DNA of 64,000 nucleotides from positions 1,235 through 65,234 of the forward strand of contig JAZQYL010000022.1 in NCBI GenBank assembly GCA_045633485.1, read 5' to 3'. Under the pieces are notes generated by a model. It searched no databases and was not told where the DNA came from. It worked only from the letters and a program-made list of their open reading frames with translations. Position 1 is the stretch's first letter, and every line of letters starts with the position of its first letter. A program made the translations under genes and the position numbers. Of this stretch, positions 26,325 through 36,432 are shown piece after piece. Source of the DNA: Acutalibacteraceae bacterium (lineage in GTDB: Bacteria; Bacillota; Clostridia; Oscillospirales; Acutalibacteraceae).

Positions 26325-27785
26325 CTAATCAGAAATTGTTTTTAAACCTTCTATAATATCGGTTGGTAAAATTGCACGCGTTGGAATTGTTTTAGAAAGC
26401 TCATCAGCAACTGCGCCGTGCAACCACACCGAATTAAGAACGGCATCAAGAGGCGCATATCCCTGTGCAAGCCTGGACACAATCATTCCAGATAACACAT
26501 CACCGCTACCACCTGTAGCCAGAGCGTCATTTCCGGTAGTATTAAAGAAAATTCTTCCATTTGGCGTTGCAACAATCGTATGTGCACCCTTAAGTAATAA
26601 ATAGCAATTATTTTCTACGGCAAACTTTTTGGCATATTTAACACGTCCCGCTTCAATCTTTTCGGTGGTTGTGTTACACAGACGAGCCATCTCAGCTGGA
26701 TGCGGGGTTAGTATTACGGGCGCGTTAATTTTTCTAATAATATCTATGCAACCCTGTAACGCATTTATTCCGTCAGCATCAATTACTACAGGAATTTGTG
26801 TTTGTTTAAGTGAGCGGATGATAAGGTTTTTTGCATATTCATTTCTACCTAGTCCGCAACCAACAAGCAATGCCGTAGAACTCGCAATTGCATTAATCAA
26901 AACATGATCATAAATTTCTATCGCGCCACACTCGGTTGTTTGTGTCGGAATTGTAACCGCTTCGGGAACCGCGGCGGTAAAAGCCGAGTAATTTTTATCA
27001 CAAACAAGCGCCTTTAGTATACCAACACCGCTTCTGAGTGCTGCACGCGCAGATAAAATTTGTGCTCCACACATTCCGTAACTACCGCAAATTAATAAAG
27101 CCGTACCAAATGTGCCTTTGTGAGAAATTCTAGGCCTTTTAACCTTTTGAGGTTTATCAATTGTGAGATAAGCATAATCACTAATTGGTAAACCGATATC
27201 AAGCACAACTGTTTCGCCGCAATATTCGCTTGTTTGAGGTAAAAGTTGGCATAGCTTATAGCAACTGAAAGTTAGGGTTAAATCAGCACGAAAGGCACAC
27301 AGGACCTCTCCACCGTCGCAAAAAAGTCCACTTGGAATATCAATAGCAATCTTAGTGCAATTATACTCATTGATTTTTCTTATAAGTTCTGACAACTTTT
27401 CTGATAAAAATCTATTAAGACCAATACCAAAAAGCGCATCTATAATTATATCAAAATCACCTGTAAAATCGTTTAGTAGTTTTATATCGGCAACCCCTTC
27501 CTTAAAGAGTAATGCCGTATCGGTGGAAGGAAATCCAATAGGCGCTAACAAAGATACCTGTGCGCCCTGTTTTTTAAGATTAGATGCAATTACTAAACCG
27601 TCACCGCCATTATTACCGCAACCACATATAATTAAAATGTTTTTTCCGACAACATTAAATCGATTGGTTATTACTTTAGTAGCGGTATTTCCGGCAGACA
27701 GCATTAAATCTGCATAAGAAAAATTGCCGTTTTTAACGGCAATATCTTCTGCTGCTCTTACCTGATTTGACAATAAAACCTTCAT
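26325..27785 (-). CDS. nnr: Bifunctional NAD(P)H-hydrate epimerase / ADP-dependent dehydratase
   Basis: YjeF N-terminal motif GCGNNGGDG and C-terminal carbohydrate-kinase motif GGSGDVLSG. GGTGA RBS before the ATG at 27785. Confidence 0.85.
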   Translation of the reverse strand: MKVLLSNQVRAAEDIAVKNGNFSYADLMLSAGNTATKVITNRFNVVGKNILIICGCGNNGGDGLVIASNLKKQGAQVSLLAPIGFPSTDTALLFKEGVADIKLLNDFTGDFDIIIDALFGIGLNRFLSEKLSELIRKINEYNCTKIAIDIPSGLFCDGGEVLCAFRADLTLTFSCYKLCQLLPQTSEYCGETVVLDIGLPISDYAYLTIDKPQKVKRPRISHKGTFGTALLICGSYGMCGAQILSARAALRSGVGILKALVCDKNYSAFTAAVPEAVTIPTQTTECGAIEIYDHVLINAIASSTALLVGCGLGRNEYAKNLIIRSLKQTQIPVVIDADGINALQGCIDIIRKINAPVILTPHPAEMARLCNTTTEKIEAGRVKYAKKFAVENNCYLLLKGAHTIVATPNGRIFFNTTGNDALATGGSGDVLSGMIVSRLAQGYAPLDAVLNSVWLHGAVADELSKTIPTRAILPTDIIEGLKTISD

Positions 27786-27795
27786 AAAATCACCA

Positions 27796-28290
27796 TTAAA
27801 GATTTTCTGCAACAAAGCGTGGTAAAAATGCTTTCATTGCTTCTCGTGTGCGCTCGTTTGGAGCAAAAACAAATGTGCTTTTTGAATTACCATCTTCTTT
27901 AAAATATACAATTACAGCATTTTCATCATCTTGATTACACGCAAGCAAACAATCATTCGAAACGTCATGTGGTATTTTACCATTAAATTTTTCAATACGC
28001 TGTACCGAAGTTAAATCAATACTTATCATACGCTTGCGTGAACTTTTAGCAATTATTTTGTCGATATCCATGGACGAATTGGTAATAATATATTCATATT
28101 CTATATTAAGTTGTGAATATAATTTATAAGCACCGAAAACAATTAAAGCATCAAGCGCTAAAAATATCGGTTCAAAAAACAGATATGACGCCGTCATTAA
28201 GATAATGGCGGCTAACGCAATCAAAAGATATGCTATCCATGTCTTTCCTGTCTTTTTTATAGTAATAATTTGTTCAACGAAAGTATCCAA
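27796..28290 (-). CDS. Hypothetical membrane protein (DUF6106-like)
   Basis: Two N-terminal TM helices, then the segment EYEYIITNSSMDIDKI. The family assignment is from memory only. Confidence 0.4.
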   Translation of the reverse strand: MDTFVEQIITIKKTGKTWIAYLLIALAAIILMTASYLFFEPIFLALDALIVFGAYKLYSQLNIEYEYIITNSSMDIDKIIAKSSRKRMISIDLTSVQRIEKFNGKIPHDVSNDCLLACNQDDENAVIVYFKEDGNSKSTFVFAPNERTREAMKAFLPRFVAENL

Positions 28291-28310
28291 AACAATTCCT
28301 CCAAATAACT

Positions 28311-28359
28311 TACTTGCATTATAAATTATTTTAGTATATAATTATAAAAAATGCAAGTA
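28311..28359. promoter_or_regulatory. Perfect 10-bp inverted repeat in a divergent promoter region (candidate operator)
   Basis: tacttgcatt (28311-28320) and aatgcaagta (28350-28359) flank a 29-nt AT-rich spacer containing tatataat. Confidence 0.3.
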
Positions 28360-28394
28360 TTGGTTTATAATATTTATATGAATCAGGTGAAAAA

Positions 28395-28664
28395 ATGAAA
28401 ATCAAACAAGGCTTTACTTTAAAAAGAGAAAAAAATCAAAACATTATTGTTTGTGATCGAAATTTACACAAAGATTTTACTGCTTTAATACAACTTACAG
28501 ATATTTGTGCTTTCTTATGGGATTTGATTGCCAACGGTAACAACCCTACCAAAGAAGAAATGTTGAACGAATTACTAAATAATTTCGACATTTCAACTAT
28601 ATTGGCACTTAACAACATTGATATGTTTATAAGAATTTTAACAGAAAATGGAATTTTAGAATAA
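28395..28664 (+). CDS. PqqD-family (RiPP recognition element-like) small protein
   Basis: 89 aa. The pattern ...IIVCDRN...ALIQLTDICAFLWDLI...PTKEEMLNELLNNFDIS...IDMFIRILTENGILE matches the PqqD/RRE layout of a beta-strand region followed by a winged helix. Confidence 0.5.
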   Translation: MKIKQGFTLKREKNQNIIVCDRNLHKDFTALIQLTDICAFLWDLIANGNNPTKEEMLNELLNNFDISTILALNNIDMFIRILTENGILE

Positions 28665-30295
28665 TGAAACAAAGAACAAACAAATGGATTTTTAGCAAGG
28701 TTAAGCCTTTTATTCCACAGGTTGTTTTAATTTCCTTTTTAAATATTGTGGCATCACTTGCATATATATTCTTAGCAAAAATCTCACAAACGGTTATTGA
28801 TAGTGCAGCAGATAACACTACACACATATTTATGATAGGTAGTATACTTCTTTTTGCTCTTATTTTACTACATATATTCGTAGAAGCTGCTGTATCAATC
28901 ATCTCAACAAGCATTTCAACCAAAATGAACATATCACTTAAAAACTATATGTTTACTCGATTGTTGAAGAAAAAATACTCATCTATTTCTGAATATCATT
29001 CCGGTGATTTACTTAATCGCTTTTCTTCAGATGTAGAGGTTATCGTAAACGGTAGTATATTGCTCATCCCCTCGATAATTTCGATGCTTACTAAAATTAT
29101 TGCAGGTATTACCGCGATTTGCATTGAAAATTATTATTTTGCTTTTGCGGTTTTGATAATAGGTTTTTTCTTTCCGCTTATTGGAAGAATACTTAGCAAA
29201 AAATATAAGTATTTACACAAACAGGTACAACATACCGAAGGTATAACTCGTTCATTTTTACAAGAAGCATTTGCAAATGTGGTTGTAGTAAAAACACTCG
29301 GCGGTGAAAAACCATTTTTGCTAAAACTTAACGAACATTTAAACGATAATCGCAAATTAAGAATTAAAAAAAGTGTTTTTTCGGTTATAATTTCTACGTT
29401 TTTATTTTTGTTTTTCAGTTTGGGATACTATGGAGTTTTAGTTTGGGGTGCTGCGCAAATAGCTACGAATGCAATAACCTATGGTACTCTTATTTATTTT
29501 TTGCAATTAATTTCTATACTTCGATCACCTCTTCAAAACATATCAGGCATTATACCCAAATATTACTCAATGACCGCTTCTGCTGAGCGACTTATAGAAC
29601 TCGAAAAATTACAGTCCGAGCAAGAAACGAATGACAAATCAATAATAAATTTTGAAAAAATTACGGCACAAAACCTAACATTTGCTTATACCAATGAAAT
29701 TATACTACGCAACAATAATTTTGAAATAAACAAGGGCAGTATAACGGCAATAACCGGTCGTTCGGGCAGTGGAAAAAGCACTCTGTTTAAGCTTTTGCTT
29801 GGACTTTTCCCCTCCACCGGAGGTAATTTATACTTTGATAATTCTGTGGTTATTGACGAAACAACCCGTCATATGTTCGCTTATGTACCGCAAGGCAATA
29901 TGATAATCTCGGGCACTATACGTGATAATATTTCGTTATGTGATGAAAGTGTTGGCGATGATGAAATCATACAGGCTGCAAAAACCGCCGCGATTTATGA
30001 TTTTATTACCACTTTGCCCGATGGACTTGATACAGTAATTTCCGAACGAGGTCAAGGACTATCCGAAGGACAAATTCAGCGAATAGCCATTGCAAGAGCA
30101 TTGCTCTTTGATGCGCCGATAATATTATTGGACGAAGCAACTTCTGCGCTTGACGAAACAACCGAAACCATACTTTTAAACAATCTAAAAACACTTACGG
30201 ATAAAACCATTTTGTTTATTACCCATCGCAATACTTCGCTTGAAGTGTGTGATAAAACACTTAATTTATCTGGTGGCGTCTTTTCCGAAAATTAG
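28664..30295 (+). CDS. ABC exporter, fused permease/ATP-binding protein (type I exporter)
   Basis: Six-TM N-terminal half; Walker A GRSGSGKST, signature LSEGQIQRIAIARAL, Walker B ILLDEATSALD. The ATG overlaps the PqqD-like stop (TAATG). Confidence 0.85.
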   Translation: MKQRTNKWIFSKVKPFIPQVVLISFLNIVASLAYIFLAKISQTVIDSAADNTTHIFMIGSILLFALILLHIFVEAAVSIISTSISTKMNISLKNYMFTRLLKKKYSSISEYHSGDLLNRFSSDVEVIVNGSILLIPSIISMLTKIIAGITAICIENYYFAFAVLIIGFFFPLIGRILSKKYKYLHKQVQHTEGITRSFLQEAFANVVVVKTLGGEKPFLLKLNEHLNDNRKLRIKKSVFSVIISTFLFLFFSLGYYGVLVWGAAQIATNAITYGTLIYFLQLISILRSPLQNISGIIPKYYSMTASAERLIELEKLQSEQETNDKSIINFEKITAQNLTFAYTNEIILRNNNFEINKGSITAITGRSGSGKSTLFKLLLGLFPSTGGNLYFDNSVVIDETTRHMFAYVPQGNMIISGTIRDNISLCDESVGDDEIIQAAKTAAIYDFITTLPDGLDTVISERGQGLSEGQIQRIAIARALLFDAPIILLDEATSALDETTETILLNNLKTLTDKTILFITHRNTSLEVCDKTLNLSGGVFSEN

Positions 30296-30305
30296 ATTTG
30301 TATCC

Positions 30306-30343
30306 AAAACGATACTTGATTCTAAATCAAGTATCGTTTTTTT
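30306..30343 (+). terminator. Rho-independent terminator
   Basis: Perfect 16-bp stem aaaacgatacttgatt / aatcaagtatcgtttt, 3-nt loop, T-run. Confidence 0.8.
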
Positions 30344-30445
30344 ATGCCGATTACATACAACCATTAACCGAATAGCTCAAAATTTAAAAATTGCCTTTAA
30401 AATATGATATGCTTATTTTGTAAATGTTTTTAGGAGTGATTAAAT

Positions 30446-31177
30446 ATGTATGAAATCAAAACAACAAATCTTTTTAAACGATACAAAAAAGTAACTGCTG
30501 TCAACAACTTGAATCTGCAGATTAAATCAGGCGAACTATTCTCTTTACTTGGTGTTAACGGAGCCGGTAAAACAACGGTAATTAAATTACTCAGTTGCCT
30601 TACAAAGCCAAGTGATGGTGATGCTTTTGTAGCTGGTTTTAGTATAAAACATCAGTCAAAAGATGTAAAACGACTAATTTCGGTATCACCACAAGAAACC
30701 GCCATAGCGCCCGGACTTTCAGTTAAAGAAAACCTTGAACTTATTTGTGGAATCCATGGTTTTTCAAAAGAAAAAACAAACACATCAATTCAAAAACTTT
30801 CTAAACAATTTTCACTGGATGATATACTATACAAAAAGTCGGGAAAATTATCCGGTGGATGGCAACGAAAGGTTAATATCGCTATGTCACTAATTAGCGA
30901 ACCAAAAGTTTTGTTTTTAGATGAGCCCACACTCGGATTAGATGTAATTGCAAGACACGAACTTTGGGAAATAATTCGCTCACTAAAAGGCAAGATAACT
31001 ATTATTCTTACTACACATTATATGGAAGAGGCGCAATCTCTATCCGACAGTATCGGGATTATGAAAAACGGAAGGCTTCTTTCCGTGGGAACAATTGAAC
31101 AACTAAAAGTTCAAGCTAAAACAGATTCTTTTGAAAAAGCTTTTGTTAATATCATAAATCAAGAGGTGCAACCATGA
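30446..31177 (+). CDS. ABC-2 type transporter ATP-binding protein
   Basis: Walker A GVNGAGKTT, signature LSGGWQRKVNIA, Walker B LFLDEPTLGLD. AGGAGTG RBS. Confidence 0.85.
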   Translation: MYEIKTTNLFKRYKKVTAVNNLNLQIKSGELFSLLGVNGAGKTTVIKLLSCLTKPSDGDAFVAGFSIKHQSKDVKRLISVSPQETAIAPGLSVKENLELICGIHGFSKEKTNTSIQKLSKQFSLDDILYKKSGKLSGGWQRKVNIAMSLISEPKVLFLDEPTLGLDVIARHELWEIIRSLKGKITIILTTHYMEEAQSLSDSIGIMKNGRLLSVGTIEQLKVQAKTDSFEKAFVNIINQEVQP

Positions 31178-31905
31178 AAACAATAACATTCGCAAAAAGA
31201 TGCGCCAAAGAAATATTGCGTGATCCAATAAATATTTGTTTTGGTCTGGGCTTTCCTTTGGTACTACTGGTACTACTTACTTCATTGCAAGCAAAAATTC
31301 CAGTAAAACTATTTGAAATAAATACATTAACACCAGGAATAACAGTATTTGGACTATCGTTTATAACTTTGTTTTCTGCTACACTTATCGCAAAAGATCG
31401 TGAAAGTGCCTTCTTACAAAGATTGTACACAACTCCGCTTTCGCAATTTGATTTTATAATAGGTTATATGTTGCCTATGTTGTTAATAGCCTTAGGTCAA
31501 ACTACACTATGTTATTTATTTGCGATTCCTCTTGGTATAAATTTTAATATAAATATTATTTATGCTATTATCGGTATTATTCCTATGGCTATTTTTAATA
31601 TCTCGCTAGGTCTTTTAGCAGGCAGCATTTTTAACGTAAAACAAGTAGGTGGAATTTGTGGCGCATTACTCACAAACCTTTCCGCTTGGCTTTCGGGCGT
31701 ATGGTTTGATTTAAATTTAATAAACGGATTATTTAAAAAAGTTGCTTATTTTCTTCCGTTTGTCCATGCTGCCCAACTTGAAAAATCGTTATTTGACGGA
31801 AATTTCAGCGAGATTATTCCTCAACTTTTAATAATTACTGCGTATTCTGTTTTCACAACAATTATGGCTATGATTTGTTTCTTAAACCAAATGAAAAATC
31901 AATAA
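31174..31905 (+). CDS. ABC-2 type transporter permease
   Basis: Six hydrophobic helices. The start overlaps the ATPase stop (ATGA). Confidence 0.7.
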   Translation: MKTITFAKRCAKEILRDPINICFGLGFPLVLLVLLTSLQAKIPVKLFEINTLTPGITVFGLSFITLFSATLIAKDRESAFLQRLYTTPLSQFDFIIGYMLPMLLIALGQTTLCYLFAIPLGINFNINIIYAIIGIIPMAIFNISLGLLAGSIFNVKQVGGICGALLTNLSAWLSGVWFDLNLINGLFKKVAYFLPFVHAAQLEKSLFDGNFSEIIPQLLIITAYSVFTTIMAMICFLNQMKNQ

Positions 31906-31912
31906 AAATTAA

Positions 31913-31954
31913 AAAACGGGAAGCCGAATGATATAATCATCCACTTCCCGTTTT
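31913..31954. terminator. Bidirectional terminator between convergent units
   Basis: Stem aaaacgggaag / cttcccgtttt with an internal atgat/atcat sub-stem. Confidence 0.65.
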
Positions 31955-31966
31955 AATTATAATATT

Positions 31967-32206
31967 TTACATTAACCAAAAAATAATGGTTATTATAAGA
32001 AAAATAATCGTCAAAAATCCGACTGCAATAAGCGTTGGTTTTAGCATCATTTTGGTAGCCTGCCAGTATGTGCGCCAAATTTCCTTAAAGCTTGAGGTTG
32101 TACCCCTCTTTGCCCAAGCATAACGCTCTGGTAGATTCGACATATCCGCAATTGTTCTACCGTCATCGATATAGATTATTTTTTCTTTATTCTTTTTTTT
32201 ACTCAT
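31967..32206 (-). CDS. Small membrane protein at the 3' end of the opp operon
   Basis: 79 aa with a Lys-rich N-terminus and one C-terminal TM helix. It starts 2 nt after the oppF stop codon (32211-32213). Confidence 0.4.
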   Translation of the reverse strand: MSKKKNKEKIIYIDDGRTIADMSNLPERYAWAKRGTTSSFKEIWRTYWQATKMMLKPTLIAVGFLTIIFLIITIIFWLM

Positions 32207-32210
32207 AGTA

Positions 32211-33212
32211 TTATTCCTGATTCAACAAATGGCACGCTGCACAATGGCCATTACCAAAATCGCGATATTCCGGAGCTACCTCACTACATATATCCATAGC
32301 CTTTGGACAGCGAGTGTGGAAACGGCATCCTTTGGGTGGATTTGCCGGTGACGGAATATCACCCTTAAGTATTATTCTGTTCATCTTAACATCTGGATCA
32401 GGCTGTGGTATTGCCGAGAACAACGCCTGAGTATATGGGTGCAAAGGATTATCAAAAATATCATCCTTGGTACCAAATTCTACCATAGAACCCAAGTACA
32501 TTACGCCAATTTTATCTGAAATAAATTTTACAACAGAAAGATCGTGAGAAATAAATAAGTATGTAAGATTCATTTCTTTTTGTAACTTTTTAAGCAGATT
32601 AATAATTTGCGCTTGTATTGATACATCAAGTGCCGATACAGGTTCATCGCAAATAACCAATTTTGGATTTACTGACAATGCACGCGCTATACAAATACGT
32701 TGTCTTTGTCCACCAGAAAACTCATGCGGATATCTTTCATAATAATAATCACGAAGACCGCACTTATCCATCAAATCAAGCACATAATCCTTAACTTGTG
32801 ACTTAGGCACAATTTTATGAACCTCTACAGGCTCCGACAAAATACCGCCTACAGTACTACGCGGAGGCAAAGACGAATATGGGTCTTGGAAAATAATCTG
32901 CATACGCTTACGAATTTCACGCATTTCAGATGATTTTAGATTTGTAATGTCTTTACCCTCAAAAATAATTTGACCGCCATTTGATTCGTGGAGTTTAAGA
33001 ATGGTTCTTCCTAAGGTTGTTTTACCACAACCTGACTCGCCAACAATACCAAGAGTTTCACCCGGCATAAGTTTAAAGGAAACATCATCAACCGCAATAA
33101 GTTCCTGTGTTACCTTACCTGTAATTGTCTTTTTTATAGGAAAGCACTTACGAAGATTTCTAACCTCTAAAATAGCATTCGGGTCAAATTGCTGTGTAAT
33201 TTTTTCTTCCAT
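32211..33212 (-). CDS. oppF: Oligopeptide ABC transporter ATP-binding protein
   Basis: Walker A GESGCGKTT, FSGGQRQRICIARAL, C-terminal Cys-rich oligopeptide-ATPase extension. GAGGAG RBS before the ATG at 33212. Confidence 0.85.
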   Translation of the reverse strand: MEEKITQQFDPNAILEVRNLRKCFPIKKTITGKVTQELIAVDDVSFKLMPGETLGIVGESGCGKTTLGRTILKLHESNGGQIIFEGKDITNLKSSEMREIRKRMQIIFQDPYSSLPPRSTVGGILSEPVEVHKIVPKSQVKDYVLDLMDKCGLRDYYYERYPHEFSGGQRQRICIARALSVNPKLVICDEPVSALDVSIQAQIINLLKKLQKEMNLTYLFISHDLSVVKFISDKIGVMYLGSMVEFGTKDDIFDNPLHPYTQALFSAIPQPDPDVKMNRIILKGDIPSPANPPKGCRFHTRCPKAMDICSEVAPEYRDFGNGHCAACHLLNQE

Positions 33213-33213
33213 A

Positions 33214-34362
33214 CTATTTTTGCTCCTCATTGTACAAATGGCATGCTACAAAATGAGTAGGAGTTACCTGAATCATATTAGGATATTCTCCTGAACATTT
33301 TTCGGTGCAATTTGAACATCTTTCCTTAAAATAACAATGTGTAGGCATATTTATTGGATTGGGTACATTACCCGGAATGTTATAAAGTGTATCACTATCA
33401 GAATTTAAAGTCGGTTTTGACTTTTGAAGACCAATTGTGTATGGATGCATAGGGTTGTGGAATATCTCATCAACCGTTCCTTTTTCAATAACCTTGCCCG
33501 CGTACATAACCACCACATAATCTGCCATTTCAGCAATTATACCAAGGTCATGCGTAATAAGCATGATAGAACCGTCAATCTTATCCTTAAGATCACGTAA
33601 TAAATCAAGTATTTGTGCTTGAATAGTAACGTCAAGTGCAGTTGTAGGTTCATCCGCAATAATAAGACGAGGATCACTTGCTAGAGCCATTGATATCATA
33701 ACACGTTGACGCATACCACCAGACAATTCGTGTGGAAACGCATTGTAAACACGTTCCGGCATGGCGATACCAACAAGATTTAACATCTCAATTGATTTTG
33801 CCTTTGCATCATCTTTCGTGGCATCAGGATTATGTATGAATGTAACCTCATCTAGCTGCTGACCTATTGTAAAAACAGGGTTAAGAGATGTCATCGGCTC
33901 TTGGAAAATCATAGCAATTTGGTTGCCTCTAATTTTATGTATATCAGCAATCGGCATTTTAGCGATGTCGTAAACCTTTTCCTGTCCGTTTTTATCCTTA
34001 GATTTAAAACGAATTTCACCAGAATAAATTTGTCCTGTGGGACCCTGTAAAAGACGCATAACCGACATACTAGTAACCGATTTACCGCATCCCGACTCAC
34101 CCACAACACCTACCGTAGCATTCTGCGGCACATCAAAGGATACACCATTGACCGCTTTAACCACACCTTGCTCGGTAAAAAAGTAAGTATTAAGCTGATC
34201 AATTTCAAGAATATTTTCTCGATTTTTCATTTCTGTTAAATATTCAGACTCATCAGCTTTGCGATATTTGTACGCCTCAAGGCGCTTCATAATCTTTTTG
34301 TTTTCTCGAGCAATATCACGAATTTCTTTGCCCGATAGGTAGTTTTTTTCCGTTTTTGCCAT
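33214..34362 (-). CDS. oppD: Oligopeptide ABC transporter ATP-binding protein (with about 50-aa N-terminal extension)
   Basis: Walker A GESGCGKSV, LSGGMRQRVMISMAL, Walker B IADEPTTALD. Confidence 0.85.
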   Translation of the reverse strand: MAKTEKNYLSGKEIRDIARENKKIMKRLEAYKYRKADESEYLTEMKNRENILEIDQLNTYFFTEQGVVKAVNGVSFDVPQNATVGVVGESGCGKSVTSMSVMRLLQGPTGQIYSGEIRFKSKDKNGQEKVYDIAKMPIADIHKIRGNQIAMIFQEPMTSLNPVFTIGQQLDEVTFIHNPDATKDDAKAKSIEMLNLVGIAMPERVYNAFPHELSGGMRQRVMISMALASDPRLIIADEPTTALDVTIQAQILDLLRDLKDKIDGSIMLITHDLGIIAEMADYVVVMYAGKVIEKGTVDEIFHNPMHPYTIGLQKSKPTLNSDSDTLYNIPGNVPNPINMPTHCYFKERCSNCTEKCSGEYPNMIQVTPTHFVACHLYNEEQK

Positions 34363-34368
34363 ATTAAA

Positions 34369-35412
34369 CTACCTCCTTGCCTTTGGGTCTAACGCATCAC
34401 GTAAACCATCACCAATAAAGTTAAATCCAAGAACAGCAATAACAATGCATATACCTGCCGGCACCCAAACATTCAAATGGTTTTGAAGTATATCTTGATT
34501 GGTAGAAATAATGTTAATCATTGTTCCCCATGCAGCATATGGTGCTTTTACACCAAGATTTAGGTATGACAAGGTTGCTTCGTAAAGAATCATACTGCCA
34601 AGGCTTAAACTCATCTGAACTATAAGCTGTGGCATAACATTTGGAACCAAATGCTTAAATATTTTTCTTGATGTAGAATAACCCATAGCCTCGGCCGCAA
34701 CCATATATTCTTGTTCACGAAGTGAAAGAATCTGTCCACGCACAAGACGTGCCGTACCGGGCCAAGAAATGAATGTAAGATATATCATAAGTAAATAAAT
34801 ACGATATTTTGCATCAATACCCGACGCATCTAATATGGTACTTATAATAAGTAAAATCGGGACGCCCGGCAAGCAAATCAGTATATCACAAAGTCGCATT
34901 ATGATATTATCAACCGCGCCGCCAAAATAGCCCGCAATACCACCTAAAATTACACCTAAAATTGTGATTAAAAATACTGCAATAAAGCTAACTATAAGTG
35001 ATATCCTACCGCCATACATAAGGCGCACAAAAATATCATATCCTTCGTTATCGGTACCTAAAATATGATCTTTTGATGGCGACGCCAAAAAATTATCTTT
35101 AAGAGATTTTTCGGTTGTTTGATGAATTGTATATTCCTGACCGTCTACGCTATATGTAGTTTCAGATGTTGAATATTCAATTTTACCACTTTCGTCAAGC
35201 TCGATTTCGCCCCACTGTGTATAAACCAATGGACCCAAAAAACTAAACAAAAACAGACCCACAACCATTATCAAACCGACAATACTTAATTTTGATCTAA
35301 AAAATCTTCGAATTACCATTCTTGTCGGCGACATTAAACGCACATTTTTTTCGTGAGGCACTTCTTCAATAGCAGTTTCTTCAACTACTTCATTTTTAGT
35401 AATTTCTTCCAT
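34369..35412 (-). CDS. oppC: Oligopeptide ABC transporter permease
   Basis: BPD-transporter fold with an extended extracytoplasmic loop after TM1 and EAA loop EAMGYSTSRKIFKHLVPN. Confidence 0.85.
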   Translation of the reverse strand: MEEITKNEVVEETAIEEVPHEKNVRLMSPTRMVIRRFFRSKLSIVGLIMVVGLFLFSFLGPLVYTQWGEIELDESGKIEYSTSETTYSVDGQEYTIHQTTEKSLKDNFLASPSKDHILGTDNEGYDIFVRLMYGGRISLIVSFIAVFLITILGVILGGIAGYFGGAVDNIIMRLCDILICLPGVPILLIISTILDASGIDAKYRIYLLMIYLTFISWPGTARLVRGQILSLREQEYMVAAEAMGYSTSRKIFKHLVPNVMPQLIVQMSLSLGSMILYEATLSYLNLGVKAPYAAWGTMINIISTNQDILQNHLNVWVPAGICIVIAVLGFNFIGDGLRDALDPKARR

Positions 35413-35423
35413 AAAGCGCCTCC

Positions 35424-36416
35424 TTACTCTAATTTAACACGCGGGTCAACTATGCCGTACATTAGGTCTGCAAGCAATACGCCTATAACACTAAGAAGTG
35501 CCAAAAACATATTATATCCCATTATAAACGGTATATCACCACGATTCATAGCATCAAGAGCTATGTTACCGATACCAGGCAAATCAAATACTTGCTCTGT
35601 AATGATTGCACCTGAAAAAAGTGATGGTAAAAGTCCTGCAAGTGAAGTAACAAGTGGAATGAGTGTGTTACGGAACGCATGCTTATTAACAACCACTTTT
35701 TCACTAAGACCTTTTGCGCGAGCTGTACGTATATAATCGGAATTCATAACCTCAAGCATATTTGTACGTGTCATTCTCATGCGTGCGCCAATACTAAGTA
35801 TTACAATTGTAAGAATTGGTATGAACATATGTCTTACATAGTCAAGCAACAACTGCACTCCCGTATAAGAAGCAGTAGCGTTTACAAGACCTGACGCCGG
35901 AAACCAACCAAGTTTCAGCGCCAATAAATCTTTTAACATTTGTCCAAAGAAGAATGATGGCAATGATATACCAACCATTACAAGTACGGTTACTAGATAA
36001 TCCCTAAAACTATACTGATGAGTTGCCGCAGTAATACCTAATGGTATTGCAATTAAAAACTCAAAAATAGTCGCAACAAGAGCTATTGCAAACGAAATAC
36101 CCATATGCTCAAAAATTACGTCAGCAACGGGAATTCCGTACACGAAACTAGTTCCCAAATCAAAATGCGCTAATGCTCCAAGCCAACTAAAATAACCCTT
36201 TAAGATGCCCCAGAGACTGTTGTCCCCTAATCCGTACATTTCATACATTGCGTTAACCGTTTCTTCACTAACGGTGGCGCCACCCTGATTGATGGCGTTG
36301 ATTTTATCCTGGATAAAATCAACGGGCATCAATCGGATAAGAAAATAAATAATCATTGAAACGCCAAGCAATATAAATACGGACATTACTAATCTTTTTA
36401 ATATATATTTAAACAT
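35424..36416 (-). CDS. oppB: Oligopeptide ABC transporter permease
   Basis: MFKYILKRL N-terminus typical of OppB/DppB; EAA loop TARAKGLSEKVVVNKHAFRN. Confidence 0.85.
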   Translation of the reverse strand: MFKYILKRLVMSVFILLGVSMIIYFLIRLMPVDFIQDKINAINQGGATVSEETVNAMYEMYGLGDNSLWGILKGYFSWLGALAHFDLGTSFVYGIPVADVIFEHMGISFAIALVATIFEFLIAIPLGITAATHQYSFRDYLVTVLVMVGISLPSFFFGQMLKDLLALKLGWFPASGLVNATASYTGVQLLLDYVRHMFIPILTIVILSIGARMRMTRTNMLEVMNSDYIRTARAKGLSEKVVVNKHAFRNTLIPLVTSLAGLLPSLFSGAIITEQVFDLPGIGNIALDAMNRGDIPFIMGYNMFLALLSVIGVLLADLMYGIVDPRVKLE

Positions 36417-36432
36417 TAGTAGTTACTCCAAA

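Noticed and set aside
28348-28397. 15-codon mini-ORF (MQVLVYNIYMNQVKK) whose stop overlaps the PqqD-like start, considered as a RiPP precursor
   Set aside because: It has no Cys/Ser/Thr-rich core, no leader-like motif and no RBS. It also overlaps the inverted repeat and promoter region. It is too weak to call.
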